Source: a bacterium (GTDB taxonomy: Bacteria > SZUA-79 > Acidulodesulfobacterales > Acidulodesulfobacteraceae). From it: a stretch of 64,000 nt of DNA. A model generated the notes under the pieces. It was given only the letters and a program-made list of their open reading frames with translations. It did not search any database and was not told the DNA's origin. Shown one piece after another: positions 8,302 through 18,249 of the stretch. Location of the stretch: positions 14,652 to 78,651 of the forward strand of contig JAJZJX010000002.1 in the NCBI GenBank assembly GCA_021850985.1, in the 5' to 3' direction. How positions within the stretch are numbered: position 1 is the first letter of the stretch; each line of letters starts with the position of its first letter. Made by a program: the position numbers and the translations under genes.

Positions 8302-9853
8302 TGGATAACCCCGTCTTTATTTTTATAGCATTATATAAAATCTTATGATGATTCAGCATAGTTAAAAAATGTAAAACCGAAGGACCTATTCTGTCTAAAA
8401 AAGGAGCAGGATAAAATCCCATTAAAAACATTAATATAATTAAAGGCAATACGGTTATAATTTCCCTAAGGTTCATATCGTCGAAAAACTCTAGATGATG
8501 GTCGTACGGCGCGATTTGGTCGTGCGGGTCCTGAAACATAACCCTCTGAAACATCCATAATAAGTAAACTGCCGCAAAAATAATACCGCTTGTTGCAATA
8601 ATAGTCAAAACCGGATAAGAACGGAACGAACCTATTAAAATTAAAAATTCTCCGATAAAACCGTTTAAACCGGGAAGTCCGACCGAAGCTAGGACGGAAG
8701 TTAAAAATAAAACTGTTAAAATAGGAGCTTTTTTAGCTATACCGCCTAAATCTTTAATCTGACGCGTATGCATCCTTTCATAAATCATACCTACAAAAAG
8801 AAATAACGCTCCCGTATCTATTCCGTGGTTTAAAAGCTGATATACGGCTCCGTTTATACTTACGGCTGTCAACGCAAATAATCCTACCATTATAAAACCC
8901 ATATGCGAAACGCTTGAAAATGCAACTAATCTTTTAAGGTCTTTCTGAACGATAGAAACAAATGCTCCGTATAAAATACCTATTACGCCTATTACTACGA
9001 TATATGGAGCTAAAATTAGCGCCGCATTCGGCAGCAAAGGTATGGCAAACCTAAAAAAACCGTAAATTCCAAACTTCAATAAAACACCCGCAAGTATAAC
9101 GCTTCCAGCCGTAGGCGCTTCGGTATGCGCATCGGGCAGCCAAGTATGGAAAGGAAAAATAGGGACTTTAATTGCAAACCCCAAAAATAACGCTATAAAC
9201 AGCAATATCTGTAAGCCTACCGGAATATTGGTATTATACAGTCTCATTAAATTGAACGTAAAATTGCCAGTCTGTTCATAATGTATTATAAATATGTAAA
9301 TTATGCCGAACAGCATAATCAAAGAGCCTGCAAGGGTGTAAAGAAAAAACTTTACCGCAGAATATATTCTTTTTCCGGTGCCCCACATTCCGATAATAAA
9401 ATACATTGGTATCAGCATAAATTCCCAGAAAACGTAAAACAGCAAAACGTCTAATGCCGCAAAAGTACCTATCATGAACGTTTCTAACAGAAGCATTAAG
9501 ATAACGAATTCTTTAATATGATCTTTTATATATCTGTAACTTGACAACAAGGATACGAACGTCAATAAAGTAGTTAAAAGGATTAAAAAAAGGCTTACCC
9601 CGTCAATGCCTAAAAAATAAGATGCGCCGAACGACGGAATCCAGTTGAATTTTTCTATAAATTGAAACTTATACGTATCCGGCTTAAAATAAATAAATAG
9701 ATAATAAGAAGCGATAAACTCGGCAAGCGATAAGAAAGTCGCGAGATTCCTTAAAAGCCCTTCGTTTTTCTTATTTATCGGCAGCAATATCAATACGGCG
9801 ACGGCTGGGAAAAAAATCAGTATAGTTAAAATGTATTTCATGAAAAATGCCAT
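8294..9853 (-). CDS. nuoM: NADH-quinone oxidoreductase subunit M
   Basis: 519 aa, antiporter-like. HTWLPDAHTEAPTAGSVILAGVLLK motif. Confidence 0.9.
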   Translation of the reverse strand: MAFFMKYILTILIFFPAVAVLILLPINKKNEGLLRNLATFLSLAEFIASYYLFIYFKPDTYKFQFIEKFNWIPSFGASYFLGIDGVSLFLILLTTLLTFVSLLSSYRYIKDHIKEFVILMLLLETFMIGTFAALDVLLFYVFWEFMLIPMYFIIGMWGTGKRIYSAVKFFLYTLAGSLIMLFGIIYIFIIHYEQTGNFTFNLMRLYNTNIPVGLQILLFIALFLGFAIKVPIFPFHTWLPDAHTEAPTAGSVILAGVLLKFGIYGFFRFAIPLLPNAALILAPYIVVIGVIGILYGAFVSIVQKDLKRLVAFSSVSHMGFIMVGLFALTAVSINGAVYQLLNHGIDTGALFLFVGMIYERMHTRQIKDLGGIAKKAPILTVLFLTSVLASVGLPGLNGFIGEFLILIGSFRSYPVLTIIATSGIIFAAVYLLWMFQRVMFQDPHDQIAPYDHHLEFFDDMNLREIITVLPLIILMFLMGFYPAPFLDRIGPSVLHFLTMLNHHKILYNAIKIKTGLSNA

Positions 9854-9908
9854 TTTTATATCCTTTATAATTTATATGTTATCCTTACCGCGTTAATTTT
9901 TATAGCTA

Positions 9909-11792
9909 TTACCTGACGAAATAATAAAAAAGTACTGCGGCTACGCCTATAGAAAGCGTTAAAATATAGCTCATTAGCATACCGTTTTGAATTTTTCTCG
10001 CTTTTACAGAAAAATTTCCGAATGCTCCCGCTATACCGTTAACAGCTCCGTCTATTATCTTAATATCCACCACTTTCCATAGAAAATCGAAAAAAACAAG
10101 CATTGGTTTAACGATTAAAAAATCATATATTTCGTCTATATAAACTTTGTTGTATGAAAGCGCATACACAGGCTTGAATATAGTTTTTATTTTTTCGGGA
10201 TCTACAGCCTTTTTAATATATAATAAATATGCTATATATATTCCGATTAAGCCGGCAGCTACGGAAATAGAGCTAAGAACATACCAAGGCATGCCGTTAA
10301 CTATAGGAGCAAAATTTTTCGCATTTTGAAAATCGACGTTTAAAAAATTGTAAAATACTGAATGATTAAACGGCGGTATTCCAAGAAATCCTATTGTTAA
10401 CGCAAAAAAAGCCATTATAATCATAGGCACCGTCATAATCTTAGGAGATTCATGAACATGCAAGTTTTTGTCCACTTTGGACTCTGCAAAAAAAGCCAAA
10501 AATATCAGCCTGAAAATATAAAAAGCAGTCATTAACGCGGTTATCTCTCCGATAACCCATGCGAAGTAAAAACCCTTATTGTAAACATCCGCTAATATCG
10601 CATCCTTTGAGAAAAAACCTGAGAAAGGCGGTATTCCAGATAATGCAAGACCGCCTACAATAAACGTTATTGCAGTAGTTTTCATTTTTGAATATAATCC
10701 GCCCATTTTCCTTAAATCCAATTCTCCGGAAAGTCCGTGCATCACGCTGCCTGCCGTTAAAAAAAGCAATCCTTTAAAAATAGCGTGTGATATAAGGTGA
10801 AACATGCCTGCGGTATATGAACCTATACCTACCGCCATAAACATATAGCCTAACTGACTGACAGTGGAATATGCTACTATCCTTTTTATATCGTACTGGG
10901 TAAGAGCGATAAATGCCGCAAAAAAAGCTGTGAACGTACCTACTATAAGAACGACCTCCGAAGCTGCAGGCGAATATGAAAACAACACGTGAAATCTTGC
11001 TATCATATATACGCCGGCAGTGACCATAGTAGCGGCATGTATTAATGCGCTGACCGGAGTAGGGCCCTCCATTGCGTCCGGCAGCCATACATGCAGAGGA
11101 AATTGCGCCGATTTTCCAACAGCACCGGCAAATAACAGCAGCGCTATGACAGTTACCGTCAATGTAGGCATTGTTGGAACCATTGCGAATATTTTTTCGT
11201 AATTAAGAGTTTTAGTCGTCATAAATAAAAGGAATATTCCCGTAGCAAAACCAAAATCGCCGACTCTGTTTACTATAAAAGCTTTTTTTCCGGCGTCGGA
11301 AGCAGATTTTTTTTCATACCAGAAACCTATAAGTATGTAAGAGCAAAATCCGACAGCTTCCCAAAATACGTATAGCAAAAGCACATTATTAGACATAACG
11401 AGCATTATCATTGAAAACACGAAAAGGTTTAAAAAAGAAAAATATCTTGAAAACCCCTTATCGTCCTGCATATATCCAATAGAGTATATGTGCACCAGAG
11501 TACTTACGCCGGTTACCATGACGAGCATAATTACTGAAAGCCTGTCGATAACGGCAGAAACTCCGACTTTTAAAGTTCCTGCATGCACCCACGGATAAAG
11601 AGTATCGGTAAAGCCGTGTGAATATGCGACTATAAAAAACAGAATAACGGACAGAATAAATGATATTCCTATAAAAGAGCTGGCTAAATATCCGGATAAC
11701 CCCTTAAAATATCTTCCGAATAAACCCCATAACAGCCATCCGGCAAGCGGAAATAACGGAATGAGCCAAGTAATAGATGTTTTGAAATCCAT
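9909..11792 (-). CDS. nuoL: NADH-quinone oxidoreductase subunit L
   Basis: 627 aa. HVWLPDAMEGPTPVSALIHAATMVTAG; long C-terminal extension consistent with the lateral helix. Confidence 0.9.
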   Translation of the reverse strand: MDFKTSITWLIPLFPLAGWLLWGLFGRYFKGLSGYLASSFIGISFILSVILFFIVAYSHGFTDTLYPWVHAGTLKVGVSAVIDRLSVIMLVMVTGVSTLVHIYSIGYMQDDKGFSRYFSFLNLFVFSMIMLVMSNNVLLLYVFWEAVGFCSYILIGFWYEKKSASDAGKKAFIVNRVGDFGFATGIFLLFMTTKTLNYEKIFAMVPTMPTLTVTVIALLLFAGAVGKSAQFPLHVWLPDAMEGPTPVSALIHAATMVTAGVYMIARFHVLFSYSPAASEVVLIVGTFTAFFAAFIALTQYDIKRIVAYSTVSQLGYMFMAVGIGSYTAGMFHLISHAIFKGLLFLTAGSVMHGLSGELDLRKMGGLYSKMKTTAITFIVGGLALSGIPPFSGFFSKDAILADVYNKGFYFAWVIGEITALMTAFYIFRLIFLAFFAESKVDKNLHVHESPKIMTVPMIIMAFFALTIGFLGIPPFNHSVFYNFLNVDFQNAKNFAPIVNGMPWYVLSSISVAAGLIGIYIAYLLYIKKAVDPEKIKTIFKPVYALSYNKVYIDEIYDFLIVKPMLVFFDFLWKVVDIKIIDGAVNGIAGAFGNFSVKARKIQNGMLMSYILTLSIGVAAVLFYYFVR

Positions 11793-11812
11793 TTTATTTA
11801 CTACCTTTTAAA

Positions 11813-12106
11813 TTAATTTTTTAACTCGTTTGCTTTGTCCATATCCACGGTTCCCTTTTCTCTGTAAAAAGCAACTATAATACCAAGAGCTACCGCGGCT
11901 TCTGCAGCCGCTACTACCATTACGAAAATAACGAATACGTCGCCTGAAATAAGATTTAAACGGTTAGATACCGCCACGAAACCGAGATTTGCAGCATTAA
12001 ACATCAACTCTAAACTCATAAAAACAATTATTAAATTTTTCCGCATAAGAACGCCCAATGCGCCTATACAAAAAATAATTCCGGCCACTATCAAATAATT
12101 ATTCAT
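11813..12106 (-). CDS. nuoK: NADH-quinone oxidoreductase subunit K
   Basis: 97 aa with three TM helices (…FMSLELMFNAANL…AAAEAAVALGI…). Position between nuoJ and nuoL. Confidence 0.87.
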   Translation of the reverse strand: MNNYLIVAGIIFCIGALGVLMRKNLIIVFMSLELMFNAANLGFVAVSNRLNLISGDVFVIFVMVVAAAEAAVALGIIVAFYREKGTVDMDKANELKN

Positions 12107-12135
12107 ATATTTATCACCCGGCTTGCTGCCGTTGC

Positions 12136-12639
12136 TTAAAGTTTTTTCTTAGCAAATAAATATGCCCCTATAATTGCAACAAAAAGAAGTATAGAAGCAA
12201 TTTCAAAAGACAGAGTATATTTAGTAAATAAAAATTTTCCTATGACCTGCGTATTGCCTATTTTATTTATTACTTCGTGAGTAAATATGCCGGTAGGCTT
12301 TTTAGTCTTTCCGCCTATCGTGTATACAACTATTTCCGCAAACAAAACTGCGGCAATTACTATTCCGATAATTTTCTGATGAAAATCCGTCTTTACCGCA
12401 TTCAGCTTTGAAATATTTAATAACATTATAACCAATACTACAAGAACCATTATCGCTCCTGCATAAACTAATATCTGCATAACGGCAAGAAACTGCATAT
12501 CTAAAAGCACATAGAAACCTGCAAGCGCAAAAAAACAAAGGACTAAATAAAGCGCCGAGGTCAATGGATTTTTCATAGATATAACCATCAGCGCAGAAAA
12601 AATGGCTATAAACGCAAAAATGTAGAAAAGTGCTTCCAC
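12136..12639 (-). CDS. nuoJ: NADH-quinone oxidoreductase subunit J
   Basis: 167-aa membrane ORF between nuoI and nuoK. FLAVMQILVYAGAIMVL is a typical ND6/NuoJ segment. Confidence 0.82.
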   Translation of the reverse strand: MEALFYIFAFIAIFSALMVISMKNPLTSALYLVLCFFALAGFYVLLDMQFLAVMQILVYAGAIMVLVVLVIMLLNISKLNAVKTDFHQKIIGIVIAAVLFAEIVVYTIGGKTKKPTGIFTHEVINKIGNTQVIGKFLFTKYTLSFEIASILLFVAIIGAYLFAKKKL

Positions 12640-12657
12640 TATTAATCACCTCAAAGT

Positions 12658-13173
12658 TTATCTAGATTTAATTAATTTATCTATACCGTAAATGCCTTCA
12701 TCTCTCGTATAAAAAGCAACCTCATAATCCGTTCCTAAACTGATAGCTTCCTCCGGACATATTTCTTCACAGTAGCCGCAGCAGATGCATCTTAATAAAT
12801 CGATTTCAAATGAAGACGGATGCCGTCTTCCGTCGTTATAAATTCCTTTTTTTAAATTATCTAAACTTTTATTATGTTTCTGTCTTTCGGTAAGTTCGTG
12901 TTCCATTCCGTAGTCTACGTAACCTGTTTTTATTTTTATCGCTTCGGACGGGCAGACAGTTTCGCATAAAATACACGCCACGCATCTTAATGAGCCGTCT
13001 CCGTTAACGTTGAGGTGAGGAAAAGCTCTGAATCTTTCGGCTATCCTGAGGCGCTCTTTTGGATACTGAAAAGTTACAGGTTTTTGAAAAAAAGTTCTAA
13101 TGGTCGTTTTAAGACCTATTAAAAAATTTTTAGAAATCTCTAAAATCGACTTTTCTTGTTTATGGGTATTCAT
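12658..13173 (-). CDS. nuoI: NADH-quinone oxidoreductase subunit I (2x[4Fe-4S])
   Basis: Two ferredoxin motifs, CVACILCETVCP and CICCGYCEEICP. The linker between them (about 45 aa) is longer than usual. Confidence 0.9.
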   Translation of the reverse strand: MNTHKQEKSILEISKNFLIGLKTTIRTFFQKPVTFQYPKERLRIAERFRAFPHLNVNGDGSLRCVACILCETVCPSEAIKIKTGYVDYGMEHELTERQKHNKSLDNLKKGIYNDGRRHPSSFEIDLLRCICCGYCEEICPEEAISLGTDYEVAFYTRDEGIYGIDKLIKSR

Positions 13174-13176
13174 TTA

Positions 13177-14163
13177 TTATCCTTTAAGCAAAACCATTAC
13201 AAATCCTGTTACTATTATATTTGCAAGAGCTATCGGAAGCAGAAACTTCCATCCGAAATCCATAAGTTCGTCGTATCTAAGCCTTGGATACGTCCATCTG
13301 AGCCATAAATAAATAAGTATTATAAAAAACACTTTTATCAAAAACCATATGACAGGCGGTAAAAAAGGACCTTGCCAGCCGCCAAGAAACAAAGTCACAA
13401 TTACTGCGCTGTTAACCACCATCTGAGCATATTCGCCGATAAAGTAGAAAGCAAATTCCATACTGGAGTATTCCGTGTGAAAACCTGCAACTATTTCTCC
13501 TTCCGCCTCGCCTATATCAAAAGGAACCCTGTTCATTTCCGCCGTCGAAGCTATTAAATAAAGCAGAAATCCGACAGGTTGATAAACTACAAACCAGATA
13601 TGAGACTGTTCGGAAACTATTTTGGACAAGCTTAGGTCTCCGGCAATCATTATTATGCCTACTATAGAAAGTACGAGGGCAATTTCGTAGCTTATCATTT
13701 GAGCGGCAGTCCTTATTCCGCCTAGAAGGGAATATTTGCTGTTAGACGCCCAACCTCCTATAACTACACCGTAAACGCCGAGCGAAGTCAGCGCAAGAAT
13801 AAAAAGTATCCCGACATTTACGTCCGTTATTTGAAGAGGAACGATATGCCCCATAATTTTTATAGGAGCGCCGAACGGTATTACGGCAAAAGTAGTTAAA
13901 GCCGGTATAACTACTAATATTGGAGCCAAAATAAATAAAAACTTATTAGCCTCGCTCGGTATAATATCTTCTTTAAAAAATAGTTTAATGCCGTCGGCTA
14001 TCGGCTGAAGCAAGCCGTGAAATCCGGCTTCCATCGGTCCCATTCTGTTCTGTATCCTGGCTGCGATTTTGCGTTCCAATAGAGTCAGATAAGCGGCGGA
14101 TAACAGCAGTCCGACAAATACTATTAATATTTTAATAACTTCAGCGATAAGCCAAAAGAGCAT
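13177..14163 (-). CDS. nuoH: NADH-quinone oxidoreductase subunit H
   Basis: 328 aa. LLERKIAARIQNRMGP and AEGEIVAGFHTEYS are hallmark ND1/NuoH motifs. Confidence 0.92.
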   Translation of the reverse strand: MLFWLIAEVIKILIVFVGLLLSAAYLTLLERKIAARIQNRMGPMEAGFHGLLQPIADGIKLFFKEDIIPSEANKFLFILAPILVVIPALTTFAVIPFGAPIKIMGHIVPLQITDVNVGILFILALTSLGVYGVVIGGWASNSKYSLLGGIRTAAQMISYEIALVLSIVGIIMIAGDLSLSKIVSEQSHIWFVVYQPVGFLLYLIASTAEMNRVPFDIGEAEGEIVAGFHTEYSSMEFAFYFIGEYAQMVVNSAVIVTLFLGGWQGPFLPPVIWFLIKVFFIILIYLWLRWTYPRLRYDELMDFGWKFLLPIALANIIVTGFVMVLLKG

Positions 14164-14177
14164 TTTAATAATACCTT

Positions 14178-16301
14178 TTAATAATATAATTTCGTTCTAT
14201 CGTTATAGTAAAATTTGCTTCTGCCTTTAATTTTATTGTAATATATCACGTTTCCGCTTATAATGGAATTTAAAAAATCTTCGGTTTCGTTTAAGTTATA
14301 CGCATTATTCATTTTTGCCGAAATTTCGGCAAATACGTCCGTTAAATTATATCTGTAAATTCCAAAATTAAATTCGTTATTTACGTTTATGATTTTACCT
14401 TCGAAATTTTCATAATATGTATTTTTTTCCTCCAAAAAATCTTTAATAGGTATAATCACGTCTGCCATAGCAGACAATATACTTGTTTTTGAGGAAAAAA
14501 CCGTTAAGAATTCTAAATTGGAAATATTGCGTATTATTTCTTTTCCGTAATCGTCGTCCTGCAAATCTCCGATATATATAAGATTTTTAATTCTGCCGGT
14601 ATCGAGACCGGTAATTATTTCTTTAAAACTATATGCATTGCCGGAAGGATAAACGCCGGCATGCATCAATCCTCTATAATTCGACGGTTTCAAGAGCGGA
14701 AACAAATACACCGACTTTTCCTGCTTACGCAAAAATTGAATAACTTCTTGCAATATCGCTAATTCATCGTTAATATCTATAGAAGACATGACGGAATCGC
14801 CTATTATAAAAGAAATACAGCCTGCATCCGCAATTACTTCTATAATTGATTTGCATACATCGTCTAAATCGGTTTGTTCTTTATGCAGACTTTTCAGCAT
14901 TTTATTTAAATATGTTTTAAAAAATGATGCATCGATATCTTTCTTTGAACAAGCTATATCTTCAAATCTTGAAAACGATCTAATCCTCTCTGCTTTTCCC
15001 GTTTTTGGATTTACTATAAAAAGCCTTCCTCCGTGTTCCCTGCGCGTCTTTAAAATGTCGTATGCCGCAAACGGTATCTCGTCTTCTATACTGCCGAAAT
15101 ACAGCATAACTTCAGAATTTTTAATATCGTTTATATCGAAATATTCTTCGGAAGTGAATAATTTTTTAAAATTTAATAAATTTTTCCTGTAAAGTTCGGA
15201 AACGGCAATATCAAAATGCGTAAGCTTCAAAGTATTCTTAACAAATTCTAAAGAGGCCTTGCCGCCGTTAATTGAAATATTTGGAGAAATTAAAACCGCC
15301 GTATCGCCTTCAGCATTATTTTCCTGAATACCCTTCATTCTTAAACAAAATTCTTCTACGGCTTTTTCTAAGGTGACTTCTTCGGCAGCCGACTTTTTTT
15401 TAATATAGGGACTATCAATATAATAGCTTTTGCAGTCACCGTTAATTGCCGGATAGAAAAAACCGGACTTGCATAGATATCCTCCGAAAGGAGCAGCCGT
15501 CTTAACCAAAGATTCATCGTGTCCGTATCTGTAATATTCTATTCTGCATGCGGCGGAACATTTATCGCAAATTGACGAAAACGGCATTTCCTGCCAGTAT
15601 CTTTCTTTAAATTTTGAAGGTTTTGAAACTAAAGCGCCCACGGGACATACTTCAATGCAGTTGCCGCAATAATAGCAGTCTAAACGATCCGGTTCGACTG
15701 AAATTTCCTCAAATGAACATCCCTCGGCAGGCTGAGAGCCAAGCTGAGTTTTAGTATCGGTTTTAAGTCCTATATAGCCGTTATTGCCTTTATCTTTCAT
15801 CTGAAGAAAAGGATTTCCGTACATATCGCCGCAAACCCTTATACACCTTGAACACAAAACACATCTTGTAGCAGTATATTCTATTAAATCGCTTTTAAAA
15901 ATTTTTGTCCTATCCGGATAAATTTTTTTGTCCTTTTGAATAGTTATGCCAAATTCAAACGTTAAATCCTGCAAAAGACAGTCTCCGGATTTGTCGCAGA
16001 CGGGACAGTCAAGCGGATGATCCAATAAAAGCTGCGAAATAACCTCTTTTCTTATTTCCCATAATTTTTCGGTTTCGGTATATATTTCATAACCTTCTTT
16101 TATTTTTGCCACACAAGACGCAACAATTTTATTAACGTTTCTGATCTCTACGACACACACTCTGCAGGAACCTATAGGTTTTATTCTTTTAAGATAACAT
16201 AAAACCGGTATCTTAATTCCCGCTTGAGAAGCGGCTTCCAAGATGGTCAACCCGGACTGCGTTATAATTTTTTTTCCGTTAATTGTAATTTCTATATCCA
16301 T
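14178..16301 (-). CDS. nuoG: NADH-quinone oxidoreductase subunit G-like (2Fe-2S plus several 4Fe-4S, diverged molybdopterin-like C-terminal half)
   Basis: N-terminal 2Fe-2S (CYLKRIKPIGSCRVCVVEI); HPLDCPVCDKSGDCLLQD; RCVLCSRCIRVC; CYYCGNCIEVCP; N7-like CDKCSAACRIE...LCKSGFF. The C-terminal roughly 400 aa is recognisable only by position and length. Confidence 0.85.
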   Translation of the reverse strand: MDIEITINGKKIITQSGLTILEAASQAGIKIPVLCYLKRIKPIGSCRVCVVEIRNVNKIVASCVAKIKEGYEIYTETEKLWEIRKEVISQLLLDHPLDCPVCDKSGDCLLQDLTFEFGITIQKDKKIYPDRTKIFKSDLIEYTATRCVLCSRCIRVCGDMYGNPFLQMKDKGNNGYIGLKTDTKTQLGSQPAEGCSFEEISVEPDRLDCYYCGNCIEVCPVGALVSKPSKFKERYWQEMPFSSICDKCSAACRIEYYRYGHDESLVKTAAPFGGYLCKSGFFYPAINGDCKSYYIDSPYIKKKSAAEEVTLEKAVEEFCLRMKGIQENNAEGDTAVLISPNISINGGKASLEFVKNTLKLTHFDIAVSELYRKNLLNFKKLFTSEEYFDINDIKNSEVMLYFGSIEDEIPFAAYDILKTRREHGGRLFIVNPKTGKAERIRSFSRFEDIACSKKDIDASFFKTYLNKMLKSLHKEQTDLDDVCKSIIEVIADAGCISFIIGDSVMSSIDINDELAILQEVIQFLRKQEKSVYLFPLLKPSNYRGLMHAGVYPSGNAYSFKEIITGLDTGRIKNLIYIGDLQDDDYGKEIIRNISNLEFLTVFSSKTSILSAMADVIIPIKDFLEEKNTYYENFEGKIINVNNEFNFGIYRYNLTDVFAEISAKMNNAYNLNETEDFLNSIISGNVIYYNKIKGRSKFYYNDRTKLYY

Positions 16302-16317
16302 AATTATGTCCTAATCC

Positions 16318-18249
16318 TTAATCCTCAAACTTGACAAGCATAAGATAATAACATCTCATACATCTTGTAGCTTCGTAAACCGCATCGTCGTTAGTAAAAC
16401 CCTTATCGGCTTCTTCGAAGCTTTTTATGCGTTCTTTAACAGGCTTAATTATCTGTTTGGGCGCAAAATTCCCCGGCGGCATATCTGTATCTTTAATAAC
16501 TTCATTCTTATCATATACGCCGATGGTTTCAAACAGATTTTCAAACATGCAGTCGTCCGTCGGAGTAAAAGTGCCGGTTCTTATATATTGATCTATTCTT
16601 CTAGCAGCATTTTTTCCGTCTCTGTTCGAATCTACTATGCTTATGGGACCAGTTAAAGCATCGCCTCCTGCGAAAACGCCCGGCATATCCGTCATAAAAG
16701 TAAATTTGTCGGCGGATATAGTCTTTCCTTTAATGATTTTTATTTCCGGTACGTCTTTAAGACACTCAAAATCAGGTACCTGTCCTATAGCCATAATAAA
16801 ATCATCGGTTTTTATATCGAAATCCGAATCGGGTATTTCTATAGGACTTCTCCTTCCGCTTGCGTCCTTTTCTCCAAGCTTCATTTTTCTGCATCTTACG
16901 CCTGTAACTCTGCCGTTTTCATAAAGGATAGCAACCGGATTCGTCAAAAATTCGAACTTAACTCCTTCTTCTATTGCCGTTTCAAGTTCGTCGTATGCCG
17001 CCGGCATTTCTTCTTTGCTTCTCCTGTAAACAACGGTAACATCATTATATCCTATCCTCACAGCCGTTCTGCAGCAGTCTATCGCGACATTCCCTCCGCC
17101 TTCTATAATTACTTTTTTGCCTATATCAATTTTTTGTCCGAGATTTACTTTTCTTAAAAATTCGACTCCGTCAAAAAAACCTTTTAAATTATCGTTTTCG
17201 CCGGGCAAATTAATATTCTGCCCTAAATGAGCTCCTATTCCGAGAAATACGGCCTTAAATCCCTGTTCGAAAAGGTCTTTTACAGTAAAATCTTTTCCAA
17301 GCTTACTGTTTAATTTATATTCTATTCCGGTGGAAAGTACATAGCCTATTTCCGCGTCTAAAAAGTGTTTTGGCAGCCTGAATTTAGGAATTCCGACGTT
17401 CATCATTCCGCCCAAAACCGGAAGAGCCTCAAAAATAATAGGCTTATAGCCCATTAATCTTAAATAATATGCACAGCTTAAACCGGCAGGACCGGAACCT
17501 ACTATAGCAACTTTTATATTATTATCTTTTATTTTAAATTCAGGCTTATGATTGGAGTAAAATACTTCGTCTGCGGCAAATCTTCTTAACAGGCATATCT
17601 GAATAGATTCGTCGATATTTGCCCTGCGGCAGTTGTCTTGGCACGGATGAAAACATGTTCTGCCGAGAATTCCGGCAAGCGGGGTATTTCTTCTTGCAGA
17701 CTGCAAAGCGTCTTCGTATCTGCCGTCCCTGACTCTTTCTATCCAGTTAGGTATGTCTAACTTTGAAGGGCATCCGTTAATGCATGGCGCAGTAACGTGG
17801 GCTATGTAATCCCCTCTTTTTATTATTTCTTTATTTTTTATTGCTTTTTCAAAGTCTTCCCTGTAATTATCGATAAGTTCTACTACCGAAGAAGGTCCTA
17901 TAGTTCCCACTGTGCACTTAGACGAAGACATAATCCAGTCGCACAGATTTCTTAACCTGTCTAAATCTTCTATTATGGCTTTTCCGTTACAAATATTCTC
18001 TAAAATTTCCGATGCTACATCGGTTCCATGCGTGCATGGAGTGCACACTCCGCAAGATATTTTCTGTAATTCCTGCATGTAGCATCTTGCCAGGTCAACC
18101 TTATTATCGTTTTCGTCCAATAAGGCAACGCCCGTCCAGTTTAATACAGACGATATTTTTTTATGGCCTGAACGTTCAAAGAAATTAAGGTCTAATCTGT
18201 CAGTTAATTTATCGATGAGTTTCATAATTAATTTATTTTTACCTGTCAA
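16318..18249 (-). CDS. Fusion protein: NuoF C-terminal [4Fe-4S] (N3-type) domain plus GltD/NfnB-like FAD/NAD(P)H oxidoreductase; occupies the nuoE/nuoF slot
   Basis: SCGVCTPCTHG...x39...KCTVG (aa 66-112) matches the NuoF cluster-binding tail. It is followed by APCINGCP and CFHPCQDNC cluster motifs, VAIVGSGPAGLSCAYYL (FAD), VIIEGGGNVAIDC (NAD(P)H) and GVFAGGD. The start is either TTG 18249 (11-nt overlap with nuoD) or ATG 18225. Confidence 0.8.
   Translation of the reverse strand: MTGKNKLIMKLIDKLTDRLDLNFFERSGHKKISSVLNWTGVALLDENDNKVDLARCYMQELQKISCGVCTPCTHGTDVASEILENICNGKAIIEDLDRLRNLCDWIMSSSKCTVGTIGPSSVVELIDNYREDFEKAIKNKEIIKRGDYIAHVTAPCINGCPSKLDIPNWIERVRDGRYEDALQSARRNTPLAGILGRTCFHPCQDNCRRANIDESIQICLLRRFAADEVFYSNHKPEFKIKDNNIKVAIVGSGPAGLSCAYYLRLMGYKPIIFEALPVLGGMMNVGIPKFRLPKHFLDAEIGYVLSTGIEYKLNSKLGKDFTVKDLFEQGFKAVFLGIGAHLGQNINLPGENDNLKGFFDGVEFLRKVNLGQKIDIGKKVIIEGGGNVAIDCCRTAVRIGYNDVTVVYRRSKEEMPAAYDELETAIEEGVKFEFLTNPVAILYENGRVTGVRCRKMKLGEKDASGRRSPIEIPDSDFDIKTDDFIMAIGQVPDFECLKDVPEIKIIKGKTISADKFTFMTDMPGVFAGGDALTGPISIVDSNRDGKNAARRIDQYIRTGTFTPTDDCMFENLFETIGVYDKNEVIKDTDMPPGNFAPKQIIKPVKERIKSFEEADKGFTNDDAVYEATRCMRCYYLMLVKFED

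Noticed and set aside
10774-12649. Same-strand alternative-frame ORFs inside nuoL (10774-11088) and nuoJ (12302-12649), and inside pgeF (32756-32971)
   Set aside because: They are fully embedded in genes with clear family motifs, and their translations are Arg/Cys/Tyr-rich with no similarity to anything I recognise.
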